Assembly (NCBI GenBank): GCA_002633005.1
Contig: NMRA01000632.1
Location: forward strand, 1-64,000
Source of the DNA: Phoronis australis
Taxonomy: Eukaryota; Animalia; Phoronida
DNA: 64,000 nt
Direction of reading: 5' to 3'
Numbering within the stretch: the stretch's first letter is position 1; every line of letters begins with the position of its first letter. Positions 27,831 to 41,500 of the stretch are shown piece after piece. Below the pieces are notes generated by a model. It was not told the DNA's origin. It did not search any database and worked only from the letters and a program-made list of their open reading frames with translations. The position numbers and the translations under genes were made by a program.

Positions 27831-28450
27831 GAGGGGAATATTTTGCTCGGAATGAAAAAGAGTAGATTGCAAGTCAATATCACCGAGTTATCATTGGTCT
27901 GCAAAAACCGTGCCAGGCTTTGTATTCACAGACCACTCAATGAAATGGTTCAATTGATTTCATATGACATCATACTTAAATTTATCAATTGGCAGATAGA
28001 TCATGTTTTGAGCGTAGCTGACACTGAACAGACACGTGCATAAAACTAGAAACTTGTCTATTACCCGTTGCAAATGAACTTCGGAAAACGAATCACATCC
28101 TAACCCTAACTTAAAAACCTTTTGAACATTAAAATGTCAAATATAAGCTCAAATACGATTAAATAAATGTCATATCAACAGCATTTATTTTTATCAAATA
28201 CATTAAATACAATCAGTTTCAAGTAACGCCAGCAGAGGCGATGGTCATTGCCTACTATTTAACTCACTCGTGACAGTCCGCGACTGGCCCGAGTCCTTCC
28301 ACATTCGTTCAATCAACATTTGAGAGCTGCTGTCTAAGTCAGTTATCTGACAGAGAAAAGAAAATTAGACTAAATAAGGGAGGGACATCGTTATGATTGT
28401 TCCTACGTTAGAAGAAAATCGATTATCACCAAATCCTCGTTTATACTCAC

Positions 28451-28510
28451 TCAACCGAAACTCCTCACAAAAACTGAAAAACTCGCGCCGTGTGCGCCGC
28501 CATTTTAAAG
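28451..28510 (-). promoter_or_regulatory. Probable non-coding first exon / TSS region of NUP155, with a YY1-like motif and a short uORF
   Basis: CpG-containing patch with AAAATGGCGG (CCGCCATTTT on +, YY1 consensus) at about 28496-28506, followed by a GTGAGT donor at 28450. The NUP155 ATG exon starts with an acceptor (tttcag at 27305), so an upstream exon is required. Confidence 0.6.
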
Positions 28511-31500
28511 TTTTGCTAAAACCATAAATAGAAATATACCCTGCTTTGTAGCTATTTTTGAGGTAAAAATATTAATAAGAACATGTTACTCTGTCACATT
28601 CTGAAAACTTTCATAAATTTATTAATTTTCAATTTTATTCTTTAGAAAGTGGTGATTTAAAACTATTTTTTGATAAAGTTTACATTTTCAGATTTGTATA
28701 AATTTGCTGGGTGCTACAACTTTAAAGTAGGTCAAGTAACAAGTAGCCTAAGGATAAAAGCATACAGCAGGTCTAAGTGTTACAGTGCACGCTGATCAAG
28801 GTCTTCCAATAGTAGAACTGTTGGTATCGTGAGTACTTTTGGCAATGCTTCTGGTAATTACAAAATTCAAATTTCGGTGCCGCCTGATTATGTCGTCTGC
28901 TTGCACATTAGCAGCATAATTATCAGACAGTTTGTGATTTCTGGTTCACATACTCAGACATACTGACACTAACTCAGTAACTGAGAAAACTACAAAAGCA
29001 TGTGCACAAATTCTAAGGAGTAGGCCTACTTGTGAATGCAAAAGATACTTATCTAACTTTTTTGTTTTTAGAAAATTATTAATTTTGTTCGGATTAAAAA
29101 ATGCGCCTCTGCAACGATTTCACGGGTTTAACCTGTGTATGTTTATAATTTAACATTCTCAAGTGAGCAGTGAGTAAGACTGTTAAGTGGCCCTTAAAAG
29201 GGCTGTTGCCGCTGTTGGTTGTACTGTGCATGAGCCTCAGGTATAGCGTGAAATGGTTCTTAAAAGAACTGTTGAATAATTCAACATAAATCACACAGTA
29301 TACCGTGTTCTATCAAGTAGGACTTACTGAAGGTGCTCTTCATTTAAGTTTTCATCTGGGAATTAAGGTTGGATGAAAACACAGAAGATGACAATATCGA
29401 TGACAGTTGTTACACCTTAAAGACATAGTCTCACACCAAAACAACTGCTTTTCAACACAAAAAATAACACTGTGTGAATCTGTTGCACAGGGCAGTTCTT
29501 GTCCACACAGCTTGGTTAAGGAGAAAAGCCCAGCAGTAATGACCTTATCCAACTTCAGCCGAGTCAATTCTGAGAACAGACATATGTGGTTACATAACCG
29601 TCTGTGATGTCAGACCAGGGAGACAGCTGAGTATTGCAATGGCTATAGGCAGTTAACCCTCCAAAATTTTGCTTGCTTCATATGATAATTCATGTCAATT
29701 CCATTTGTTGGCATAACTAGATTGTTTTTTTGCCAATCAGATGTAAAGACCAGTGTATCACAGATAATAAAGCCTAATACAAAATATTACAGTTTTCATT
29801 TTTTCATTTTAAGCAGTGAGTAGGAAGGATGTCACCTTTTAATTTAACTACATATATAATTGAAATTTGAGTGGATATGGCAATCTCAATGACAGAATTA
29901 CAAGAACACTTGAAATGGAAGTCTTCTGAACTTGGTTTCATAAATTAATGTGTTCATCTATTGAATTAATAATAAACCCAAGGCATCAAGAAATATTACC
30001 TGAAGATAACAGTGAACATATTATTTCAGGCGTTCATTATGGCAAGCTAATTCTACCGTGCTTTGGTCACTGAGTCAAAGAAATCAATGAACAAATCAGA
30101 GGACGGTTAATGATTTAATCCACAGTTCAAGTTAAAATCAAGTGCTTTCAGTCGGAATTTTATATTTGGTTTCTATAGTGAAAGACATTCAAGGTAGTTG
30201 AAGATTATATCTACACTACATAAGTCAAAACTGATTCATCTCAGTGTACAGTAAAGTTGATATGTAAGTCAAAATGATCTAATCTTTTACCAAAATAAAT
30301 AACTTAGAATGTACAGTACTTTAGAACATTTTATGGATTACAGACGTTATCCAACATCACGACAAATTTACATGATATGAAAGTGGAAATACCTAACTAT
30401 TACCATGGCGACCAGGTATTTCCTTACATTAGAATTCGACAAGCATGATTTGAAAAAATAAGAAGTTGCACGGAAAAAGGATTGGAGATTGGAAGCTTCA
30501 CAATCCAACATGGCCGATTACTCTAATTAAGAGCCTTTACATTTTGGGCCTTGATAACTTGAATTAAGAAAGCAAAAAGTTACAAAGGATGTACGTGTCA
30601 GTATGAAAAGAATGATTCGTATGTAAAATTTAGAAAAATATGAATTATGTTGTGACACATAATCAAACCTTGAAGCGTGATTGACTTTCAAAGTAAAAAC
30701 AATTTCAAAACTTTTTCAGCTATTTTTTAAGCTGAGTGTATGGTTAGCTGAATGGGATATTCACACTGCAATAATTAGAATATTCCTCATATTTTTTGCA
30801 CAAAAACCTAAACATTGTGCAAATTTGCTTTTTTGTAGCAGCTTTCATCAAAATGTATCAAAGTTAAAACTTCACCAAGTACAAAATAGCCGATTGAACA
30901 TGCACTTCAGTTCAGCATAAATCACCATGTTTTCGATGCTGCCGGAAATGAGACTAAGTCCAACGGGAATTGTGAGCACTTTTATCACTCAATAAGTAAC
31001 ATTTACTTGGCTGAAATCCAATCGAAAACTATTGAATCGCTCAGAATAGTAGCTATAGATCTTTCTCACTAAATTTCATTGTGAATTATTGGTGAAGATA
31101 ATTTTTACACGGTTTTAAACTCGTAACTTATGCCGCTGTTGTCCAATATGGCCGACCTGATCCAAACAAATGACCCAAATTTTGCCACCAAAATTTCAAT
31201 AAATGTGCACTGCTTAACCCGATTTTGATAATTTTTATTGAGTGGGATGCATTATCTTTCCGATTATATTGAAGTATTTTTGCAAATCGAAAAAAAAATT
31301 GGTTGGACAACCCTACTCTTACCGTTCATTCAGTCTAGCTACATGTAGCGATCGACTAGACTATAAAATTCAATGGAATGCAATGACAGGTAACGAGCAT
31401 CAAGCTATTCAGCACATCCACCTACAAACACTTACCGGTATGTTGCAAAAACTGTAATTCAAAAGAAAAACAATACACTGGCTACTTCTAGCACTAATCC

Positions 31501-31685
31501 TTTCTGACTGTGTCCGTCGATGCTATCCGCTATTTTGAATGTTAGGTTGTCAGTACTAGCTCAAGGTTCACTAGCTTTTGGAAAGCGACGGCATGTACCA
31601 TTTCGAATACTTTCTAAAAGTTCACTCATCCTGGTTTACAACTTAACCCGGATCACAGGCTGTCGCTCTAGAAGCGGTCCATACA

Positions 31686-31848
31686 AAATATGTTCGCTAC
31701 ATACTACCAAAAACGGCGACGCTCCACTCGTGGACTTCACAAAATCTTTTCACTTGCGATGCAGTCTTGGATCAGTGGGAAACTTGTGCAAAGGTACGCC
31801 CGCCCTTGGTGTATTGCCACAGTTTCCAACTACATAACGGCCAGGCAT
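31686..31848 (-). pseudogene. Decayed THAP (C2CH zinc-finger) domain, probably a DNA-transposon relic
   Basis: Reads MPGRYVVGNCGNTPRAGVPLHKFPTDPRLHRK*KDFVKSTSGASPFLVVCSEH; the conserved Trp is replaced by TGA. Confidence 0.7.
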
Positions 31849-32460
31849 TCTTCTTAAAATATTTACTCCAGTTTAAATCTAAAAATCCGTCTGCATTTGA
31901 AAAAAGTGCTCCTCTTGGCACAGAGCAATGGACACTGTGGACTCAGTCAGGCTGACTCTGCAATGATTGGATCACCTCCCTTCTAACTACTGTAAAATGT
32001 TTATGGCAACACACCAGACCAAGAGAATTAATGGGCAAAAGTTGCATAATAAACCGATTCTAATAAACAGAAAGATTACATTTGTGCCAGATAGTCCCAG
32101 TACAAACCTATGGAAAGACTCGGCAGTAATGGGGTCAGGTTCCTGGTGTGATGTGTTTCCGAAGATAGCCGAAGTTGAAAATTTTCTGTTCTCAAAATTT
32201 TGTGGGGAAGTGACTCTACAAAAGGGTGAATATCAAGACTTCGTGATAGAAAGTCCTACATTTATGTCGTATCCACTCACTATGGGTGGGTATCGTAATT
32301 TTCCAGTTGTACCCCTTACCAAAATATTAGTTGAGTACCCACGGGCTGAGACGACCTTCAATTCATGATATTGTGGGCAGTTGGAGCAAGGATTTTGTGG
32401 TTACAGTGGAACTGTCCTGCTGTATTTCTAACAAAGTGCCCCTTTAACTGTTTTCAGAAA

Positions 32461-32651
32461 ATGAAACGAGTCTGTGTGGTGGGAGCGGGTATTTCTGGAT
32501 TGTCGACAGCGGTGAGGATCCAGGAAAAACTAGGGGCTAATGTTGAGGTGACTATTCTGTCGGAGCAGTTCTCTCCTCACACGACCGGGGATGGAGCTGC
32601 GGGTATCATTGAGCTTCATGCTGTAAAGGACACAAGAAGTGAATTGATAAA
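32461..32651 (+). CDS. Second copy of oxidase coding exon 1 (probably the alternative haplotype)
   Basis: Same peptide as 35550-35740 with only synonymous differences; lies inside the 29265-32855 / 32857-35944 duplication joined by a single N. Confidence 0.75.
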
Positions 32652-34758
32652 GTAAGTCTTACCATAACAACTCTTACCATAGCAACCCTTACCATGTCAA
32701 CCCTTGGTAAATTTCTGATAGTTTACCACACACTTTAATTGGTATTGCCCTTTGTCTTGGAGTTAAGAAAACCCATTGTTACACTGGACTCATTTATGAA
32801 GTGTGGGGCTGATTCTAGGAACTATCTTGGAAAATACCACATCCATGGACACTCCNAGAACCGTTGAATAATTCAACATAAATCACACAGTATACCGTGC
32901 TCTATCAAGTAGGCCTACTGAAGGTGCTCTTCATTTAAGTTTTCATCGGGGAATTAAGGTTGGATGAAAACACAGAAGATGACAATATCGATGACAGTTG
33001 TAACACCTTAAAGACATAGTCTCACACCAAAACAACTGCTCTTCAACACAAATAATAACACTTTGTGAATCTGTTGCACAGGGCAGTTCTTGTCCACACA
33101 GCTTGGTTAATTAGAAAAGCCCAGCAGTAATGGGCATATGTGGTTACATAACCGTCTGTGATGTCAGACCAGGGAGACAGCTGCGTATTGCAATGGCTAT
33201 AGGCAGTTAACCCTCCAAAATTTTTGCTTGCTTCATATGATAATTCCTGTCAATTCCATTTGTTGGCATAACTAAATTGTTTTTGCCAACGAGATGTTTT
33301 CATTTTTTCATTTTAAGAGTGAGTAGGAAGGATGTCACCTTTTAATTTAACCACATATATAATTGAAATTTGAGTGGATATGGCAATCTCAATGACAGAA
33401 TTACAAGAACACTTGAAATGGAAGTCTTCTGAACTTGTTTTTTTATAAATTTATTTGTTAATCTATTGAAATAATAATAAACCCAAGGCATCAAGAAATA
33501 TTACCTGAAGATAACAGTGAACATATTATTTCAGGCGTTCATTATGGCAAGCTAATTCTACCGTGCTTTGGTCACTGAGTAACAGAAATCAAAGAACAAC
33601 TCAGAGGACGGTTATGATTTAATCCACAGTTCAAATTAAAATCAAGTGCTTTCAGTCGGAATTTTATATTTGGTTTCTATAGTGAATAACATTCAAAGTA
33701 GTTGAAGATTATATCTACACTACATAAGTCAAAACTGACTCATCTCAATATAGTAAAGTTGATATGTAAGTCAAAATGATCTAATCTTTTACTATAATAA
33801 ATAACTTAGAATGTACAGTACTTTAGAACATTTTATGGATTACAGACGTTATCCAACATCACGACAAATTTACATGATATGAAAGTGGATATGCCTAACT
33901 ATTACCATGGCGACCAGGTATTTCCTTACATTAGAATTTGACAAGCATGATTTGAAAAAATAAGAAGTTGCATGGAAAAAGGATTGGAGGCTGGAAGCTT
34001 CACAATCCAACATGGCCGATTACTCAAATTAAGTCCAACGGGAATTGTGAGCACTTTTATAACTCAATAAGTAACATTTACTTGGCTGAAATCCAATCGA
34101 AAACTATTGAATTGCTCAGAATAGTAGCTATAGATATTTCTCAGTAAATTTCATCGTGAATTATTGGTGAAAATAATTTATACACGGTTTTAAACTCGTA
34201 ACTTATGCCGCTGTTGTCCAATATGGCCGACCTGATCCAAACAAATGACCCAAATTTTGCCACCAAATTTCAATAAATGTGCACTGCTTAACCCGATTTT
34301 GATAATTTTTATTGAGTGGGATGCATTATCTTTCCGATTATATTGGAAGTATTTTTGCAAATTGAAAAAAAAATTGGTTGGACAACCCTACTCTTACTGT
34401 TCATTCAGTCTAGCTACATGTAGCGATCGACTAGACTAAAATTCAATGGAATGCAACAACAGGTAACGAGCATCAAGCTATTCAGCACATCCACCTACAA
34501 ACACTTACCGGTATGTTGCAAAAACTGTAATTCAAAAGAAAAGCAATCCACTAGCTACTTCTAGCACTAATCCTTTCTGACTGTGTCCGTCGATGGTATC
34601 CGCTATTTTGAATGTTAGGTTGTCAGTACTAGCTCAAGGTTCACTAGCTTTTGGAAAGCGACGACATGTACCATTTCGAATACTTTCTAAAAGTTCACTC
34701 ATCCTGGTTTACAACTTAACCCGGATCACAGGCTGTCGTTCTAGAAGCGGTCCATACA

Positions 34759-34921
34759 AAATATGTTCGCTACATACCATCAAAAACGGCGACGCTCCAC
34801 TCGTGGACTTCACAAAATCTTTTCACGTGCGATGCAGTCTTGGATCATTGGGAAACTTATGCAAAGATTCGCCCGCCCTTGGTGTATTGCCACAGCCTCC
34901 AACTACACAACGGTCAGGCAT
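34759..34921 (-). pseudogene. Second copy of the THAP relic
   Basis: Reads MPDRCVVGGCGNTPRAGESLHKFPNDPRLHRT*KDFVKSTSGASPFLMVCSEH, retaining C-x4-C, LHKFP and VCSEH. Confidence 0.75.
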
Positions 34922-35549
34922 TCTTCTTCAAATATTTACTCCAGTTTAAATCTAAAAATCCATCTACATTTGAAAAAAGTGATCCTCTTGGCACAGAGCA
35001 ATGGACACTGTGGACTCAGGCTGACTCTGCAATGATTGGATCACCTCTCTTCTAACTACTGTAAAATGTTTATGGCAACACACGAGACCATGTGCATATG
35101 TATCACATTTCAGAGAATTAATGGGCAAAAGTTGCATAATAAACCATTCTAATAAACAGAAAGATTACATTTGTGCCAGATAATCCCAGTACAAACCTAT
35201 GGACAGATTCGGCAGTAATGAGGTCAGGTTTCTGGTGTGATGTGTTTCCGAAGATAGCCGAAGTTGAAAATTTTCTGTTCTCAAAATTTTGTGGGGAAGT
35301 GACCCTACAAAAGGGTGAATATTAAGACTTTGTGATAGAAAGTCCTACATTTATTTCGTATCCACTCACTATGGGTGGGTATCGTAATTTTCCAGTTGTA
35401 CCCCTCACCAAAATATTAGTTGAGTACCCACGGGCTGAGACAACCTTCAATTCATGATATTGTAGGCAGTTGGAGCAAGGATTTTGTGGTTACAGTGGAA
35501 CTGTCCTGCTGTATTTCTAACAAAGTGCCCCTTTAACTGTTTTCAGAAA

Positions 35550-38500
35550 ATGAAACGAGTCTGTGTGGTGGGAGCGGGTATATCTGGATTGTCGACAGCG
35601 GTGAGGATCCAGGAAAAACTAGGGGCTAATGTTGAGGTGACCATTCTGTCGGAGCAGTTCTCTCCTCACACGACCGGGGATGGAGCTGCGGGTATCATTG
35701 AGCTTCATGCTGTAAAGGACACAAGAAGTGAATTGATAAAGTAAGTCTTACCATAACAACTCTTACCATAGCAACCCTTACCATGTCAACCCTTGGTAAA
35801 TTTCTGATAGTTTACCACACACTTTAATTGGTATTGCCCTTTGTCTTGGAGTTAAGAAAACCCATTGTTACACTGGACTCATTTATGAAGTGTGGGGCTG
35901 ATTCTAGGAACTATCTTGGAAAATACCACATCCATGGACACTCCTCAAATTTATCCAACTTTTTTGCTGTCGGATAAGTAGCAGTAAAACTTCACTGGGA
36001 TTGGATGGTCGACTTAATGCAGTCGAGAAAAACTTGAAGGTACAAGCAAATAACACGGGAACCTTCACTGGTGCAAAATGAGGCTAGAGAATTGTGTGAC
36101 TGATGTTGGCAACACGTTGTTGGGAAATAACACGTGACTGTCCTATTACCAGTCTATCATCACTAGGGTGAAAAAGCTTGCATGTGTGATGACCAGCTTA
36201 ATTTCCTTGTACTGGACATTGTTTGCTAGGACTGCACACTTTTCCGTGAGTCACCCACTGCCAGTTGTATTTGTCTACATAATAGGAAAGGGCAAAATTA
36301 TTGATTAATTGGAATTCTGAACTACAGACTTTACAAGAGAGTGTTGCCGCCAAAACTTCTTAGTTCAGCACCACCTGATTTATACGGTAAAATCTCAGCA
36401 ATTTCGGACAAAAAGAATTGCCAAAATTCCCCTTTTCCATTGTTCAAGGTCTTCTAACATTGTTGGTAATTCCCACATTATTTTGAATATTGTTTGGTGA
36501 TAAAGCTGCGGTACAGAACTTGAACATGAACTTGTGTAAACTATTAAATTTTATTTCTCATTTGGAAAATCACAAAGTTAAATACAATTATATTTACATA
36601 CTATAAAATGATGATTGATTAAATTCATGTAGACACTGTTTTACGCAGGTCTTACTTTCTGGAAAGAAGATTTTATTGATAGTATTTTGTACAAAGTTTT
36701 CTTTACAACGTATATCAGGAGATGGCTCAAAGAAACGTTTGACCATTGTCATGAGCTGTACAACAGTGAGCTGAGTCGGGAAGCTGGAGTGTGTTCTACG
36801 TCTGCCTATATGGTGGAGAGGCAGAAAACGGTGAGTATTAAAGTTTCTGTTTGTGCCATGGCATCCTCTGGCTGATCAAAATTCGACCCAAGAGTCAATA
36901 CTTACTACTCGAAATAGTCGTGATTTTTATTAGAAAAAAATTGTTGATAATTTGTTTGTTGAAAATCGGCAAAATTTAGAAGCAAACTTTTCTGGCTACG
37001 GAGTTTCCGCCATAAGTTTGATGAACTCGTTTGCAATTCTTGTTAGGTGTATGCACATTGTATTGAATTTCTGTCTGTCGAGTTCAGTACCATAAGTTTG
37101 GGGGTTTTGTCCACCATGCCTGGTTGTCAGACATTTTTCCATAACCATTGAATTTTTTCTTAAAAAACATTAAAACAAAGCACTGATAAAAATGAGCTAA
37201 CATACTAAGTGTTCAAATGGTAACTTACAACATAATCTCGTGAATCTTATTAGTCTGTTTGAGCCAGTGAGTGACGAATGACAAAGAAATTTTCAGTTAA
37301 TTAACGTATCTCGACAAGAGAGATTGCTAGTAAAAGTCAAAATGAATATTATTTTGAGAAATTGTCAACTTTGGCAAAAGTGCTTTTCAAAATGCACAAG
37401 ATATGCAGCATTTTATTGCCACCTCATATCACTACAGAAACGGTAAAAAACGTAGCAAATAATTAATATGTAAAGAAATGTATTGGTTGATATATATGGG
37501 TTGTGATGTGGTGTACCGTAATACCTCATATATAAGGCTATGGCCCTATATTCGAGAATGGAAGCATATACGATACCAAATGCCTTATAGTCGGGATAAT
37601 AATTGCATTTTAAATTTTTCCAAAATACAGCACAGTGTCATCAAAAATGTATTGCTGATATCCCATGTTAAGTCCTCCAATGACTCACAGCCAGCTGTAA
37701 CCTAATTCATTCTCGACCCGTGCTCCAGTATGTGCGATCTTTGTTCTAGATCATATGATTGGAAGTGAATACGGTAATAACTGATTTTTTTAATTCATCC
37801 AAAACTCAAAACAGCTGACGGGCACTTTGGACCATAGATTGCATCCAATCTCCAAGAACAGTAAAATTATTTCATGCAAGGACTTCTAGTCTTGCAGCAG
37901 TATCCTTTAAAACATGGCACATTCCTTATTATTGTGGGCTTTTTCAGGACCCCCTTTACAGGGATTTTCTCTTCGACTACAGATGGTTACCAAAAGACGA
38001 AGCCCATCGACACTTCCCACAGCTTAGCGATAAAAATGTGTGAGTTGGTGCTAATTGAAAATATAGCAGACTCTTGTTATCTTGTTTTTCCCAATTAATC
38101 CTTTCATACTAAATATAGTATTTTGACCACGTAAAGTATCACACTGTTGAACGTAATCACCACCTAATCTTCGCAAGGACTTCTGGTCATGCAGCAATAT
38201 CCTTTTTCAGCATTATGTCGAGTTGTGACTGGGGTGTAATAAGCACGTTATCATAAGCTTCAAACCGGTTTTCTTTTATGATCAGATCATTGTGTTTGAT
38301 GACTGATGAATGGAAATGAGATGGTGATAGAGCTGCCTATACTGCTTCCCGACAATAGATTGATTTAATGTCTACATAATGTTTGCTCATTGGATCTCGG
38401 ATCGTGGTCAGCCAAGTGTTATGGACCTATTCGTATTCTACACACTTATAGAGCCTAAAAATCACCATGCACGGGGCTTCAAATGTTATGGAATTTTAGC

Positions 38501-41500
38501 ATTTATTTCTCTTCAAGAAAGCAGGTGAAATATAAATGTATCAGTTATCAGCGTTTCAAAGTTCCAAATCGGTGAAGATTGGGAAAAGTGATGGAAATAG
38601 TCGAGAATGCAAAATCTGACCAATGAGACGTATCCTGAGTACCAGTATATACCGTATTCGCCGTAATAACCGCCCAGGGTGCTTAGAAAAGTTCGTTTCA
38701 GGGGGGGGCGCTTATTATAACCCAAGGCCGTTAAAATCCGGTCTCCGAAACGGGTGAAATCGGAAGCTAAGATTCATTATATTTACGCTCTGTGACGTAT
38801 CTGTAACCTATGAAAAGACTTTCTACAAGACCGTGGTGTATTGCTATCAAACTTTGCTGCTAAATTACGATCATTTTACAGAAAATTGTGATGAAATCCG
38901 AGGGCGAAAACTCACCGACTGCCTGCCTCGCAATCGTCGATATGGCGACTTGAATGCTTGAATACAGTTTCGACTAAGATTTTTAAGTTCGCGTGGAGTC
39001 GGGATCACGGCAGGTTTAAGTACAAATATGTGCTAGTACATCGAGCCATGTACATGTATGATCGGCAACATGAGAAAAATGTCTGGACAAACACACATGT
39101 TGTTGTCACATGACGTTTGTTTTGAAGATGTCTATAATTTGATTGGAGGCTACGGTGGCTTATTTACTCACAACTCAGAAATTTCATTCTCTGCTCTTTT
39201 CAGCCATATCTTGCATGTTACGACACTACTCTGTGAATGTCGCATGTATCTCCCGTATCTAATGAAGCTTTTCAAAAGTTCTGGTGGCAAGATAGAACAG
39301 CGAAAAGTTCACTCCTTCAGCGAGGTGAGCCATTGCAAAGAAGAAACCAGTTTAACTAAAAGGTAGTTTTGGGTCATTGAGGTCATGGTCAGCACTTAAT
39401 ATATGATAAAATCTCACAAATTTTGCCGGACAAAAACTATCGCTGGAATTGTTATTTTCTATTTTTAAAAAGTTTCTGACTCAGTCTGTAATTTTAATAA
39501 ATGAACAAAAATTTTAAGAATACTGTTTGTTGAATGTAGGATGTTTCTGCTGTATTATAACGTTGTGTCTATGAGAAGTCCACAAATTCAGTATACTGGA
39601 TTTAAAGATATTTTTAAATCAGACTTTAATAATTTCTTCAAGTGTGCTTGCTCAAACATTTCAGCTAACCGTCTATGATGTGGTCGTCAACTGCACTGGA
39701 ATTGGAGCTGGGCCGTTAACTCATGACTCAACACTACGACCTATGAGAGGTCAGTCATTCAGGGTGAGTTCTCTTGACTTCTAAATTCTGTATTCGTAAG
39801 AAACTTGAAGCTTGAAATCCTAAAATGTATCCGAGGAGCTAGATCAGCATGCCTTGGACAGGCTTAATGTTTCACTAGTCAATGTTCGAGCTTGTTGCAT
39901 TAATCATAATAAAAGCTCCTTGTTTGGTAAAACCAGGTTGGGCTCACCAAGTGGCATTAGAGAAATTCAAAAGATTTCTCCAAATCGATAGTGATCTCGT
40001 TTATAAGAGATGTTTACAGCATGCAAACACAACCACACAAACATTTTCACGAACATGAAATATTGCTAAAATATCTTTTCAAATGTTTTTAGGTGTAATT
40101 TTCTGTGCTATGATGCTTTAACTTCTAACATTGGCTTCTGTCAAAAAACTAATTTTCATTTTAGACGACTTACTAATATTAAAGAGTTGATCTTGACTAA
40201 CTAATTGGTGGTTTCTGCCTTGAAATCATGTTTAATTGGATTGAGCCGTCTGGTGTTGCTAAGTAATGCTAGTTTCAAGCAGCAGAAAAAAGCTAGTTCT
40301 TCCCATGTTGACCAAAAATAACTTCTAATTTGAGTAAGGAGCTTGAGATCAGATGTAGCTTTAAAAATGAATAAAATCAACATTTTTTTACACCATGCAG
40401 GTTTATCTGTACCCTTAAGGTTGGGCAGACCACCGTTTCATGAAACGTTTTTTGCTTGCCTTTGTAGGTGAAGGCTCCTTGGATCAAAAGCAGTATCATG
40501 TTTGGTGACCACTATGTTTTGGCATGGTATGAACATTGATTCCCAGTCATGTTCCTAGGAGCACTGTTCTTACTAATAGAATCATGGTGCTTAAAAGGAT
40601 GTATTTAAAGTTCCACGCTGTCTGAGAAAGACTGGAAAACTAAAATACAAGTTTCATAATTTATCCTCATGAGTGAGACTTAATCTGTGGATTTTTTCAT
40701 TAATACAATATTCATGTATAGTAAAATTGATTTGATTAAAAAATGACACTATAGCTGCAGTTCTTTTTTCTCACTTGCTCATATGCATGGAAAAGTTTTC
40801 ATTGTTCCCTTTGATTGACATCATGGTAGTCCCACGTAATGGAATATATTTTCTAATATTGGCGTTTCAAGAGATATACAAAGAACTGTCTCCTCATGAT
40901 GTAAGCATTTTCCATGAATATGAACAGGTGAGGAAAAAGGTCTGCAACAATGACTGTAGTCATGTTTTAATGAAATCTGTCGGAATAGTGGCTTAGAATA
41001 TTTAAGTCAGTTGTAAACCATCGGTGCCGTTTACTCACAATAGGCCTTTTGAAAGTAATATGAGAGGTCAATGAAAGTAGTGATTTGTGAACCCTGCACG
41101 TAGTCATACAACTGTCTCAGTTTATGGTCCTGGCTAAGAAGGTAATTGTTTTGTTAACCCTTATGTTTTTAAATAGCTAAGCCCCGAATGTGAATTCTTG
41201 ATAACGTTTTAGTGCCACCTAGAAAACTGCCTGGCTACATAAAGTTTAAGTCTCTGCTTTCCATTGCAAAAACTATGTTGTGATTCAAATCACTTAATGA
41301 TCTGAAATTGGTCTCAAATTGTTCCTTCCTCAAATTGGAGGTGATTTCAGGGCTTCCAAAGAATTTAGAGTTTGTTCCTGTTTGACACCAGGCTCCTGAA
41401 GTTGACATGTTGTAGCGTGTCATTTTATGGGCCGAGCATGGTGGCGAGGAATGACGAACTGTCATCTGTTTTCAAACTCCAAAATCACTTAATTTCATCT

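Larger units (their letters stand above)
29265..35944. repeat. ~3.1-3.6-kb direct duplication (29265-32855 / 32857-35944) joined by a single N
   Basis: Near-identical copies; N at 32856; copy 1 has about 430 extra bp (30532-30958). Confidence 0.95.

Noticed and set aside
27209-28043. Long ORFs containing X runs
   Set aside because: They span the N gap.
28099-28111. Telomere-like CCTAACCCTAAC
   Set aside because: Only two units; can occur by chance.
31520-31837. 105-aa and 118-aa plus-strand ORFs present in both duplicate copies
   Set aside because: They are the antisense shadow of the THAP relic; conservation only reflects the duplication or allelism.
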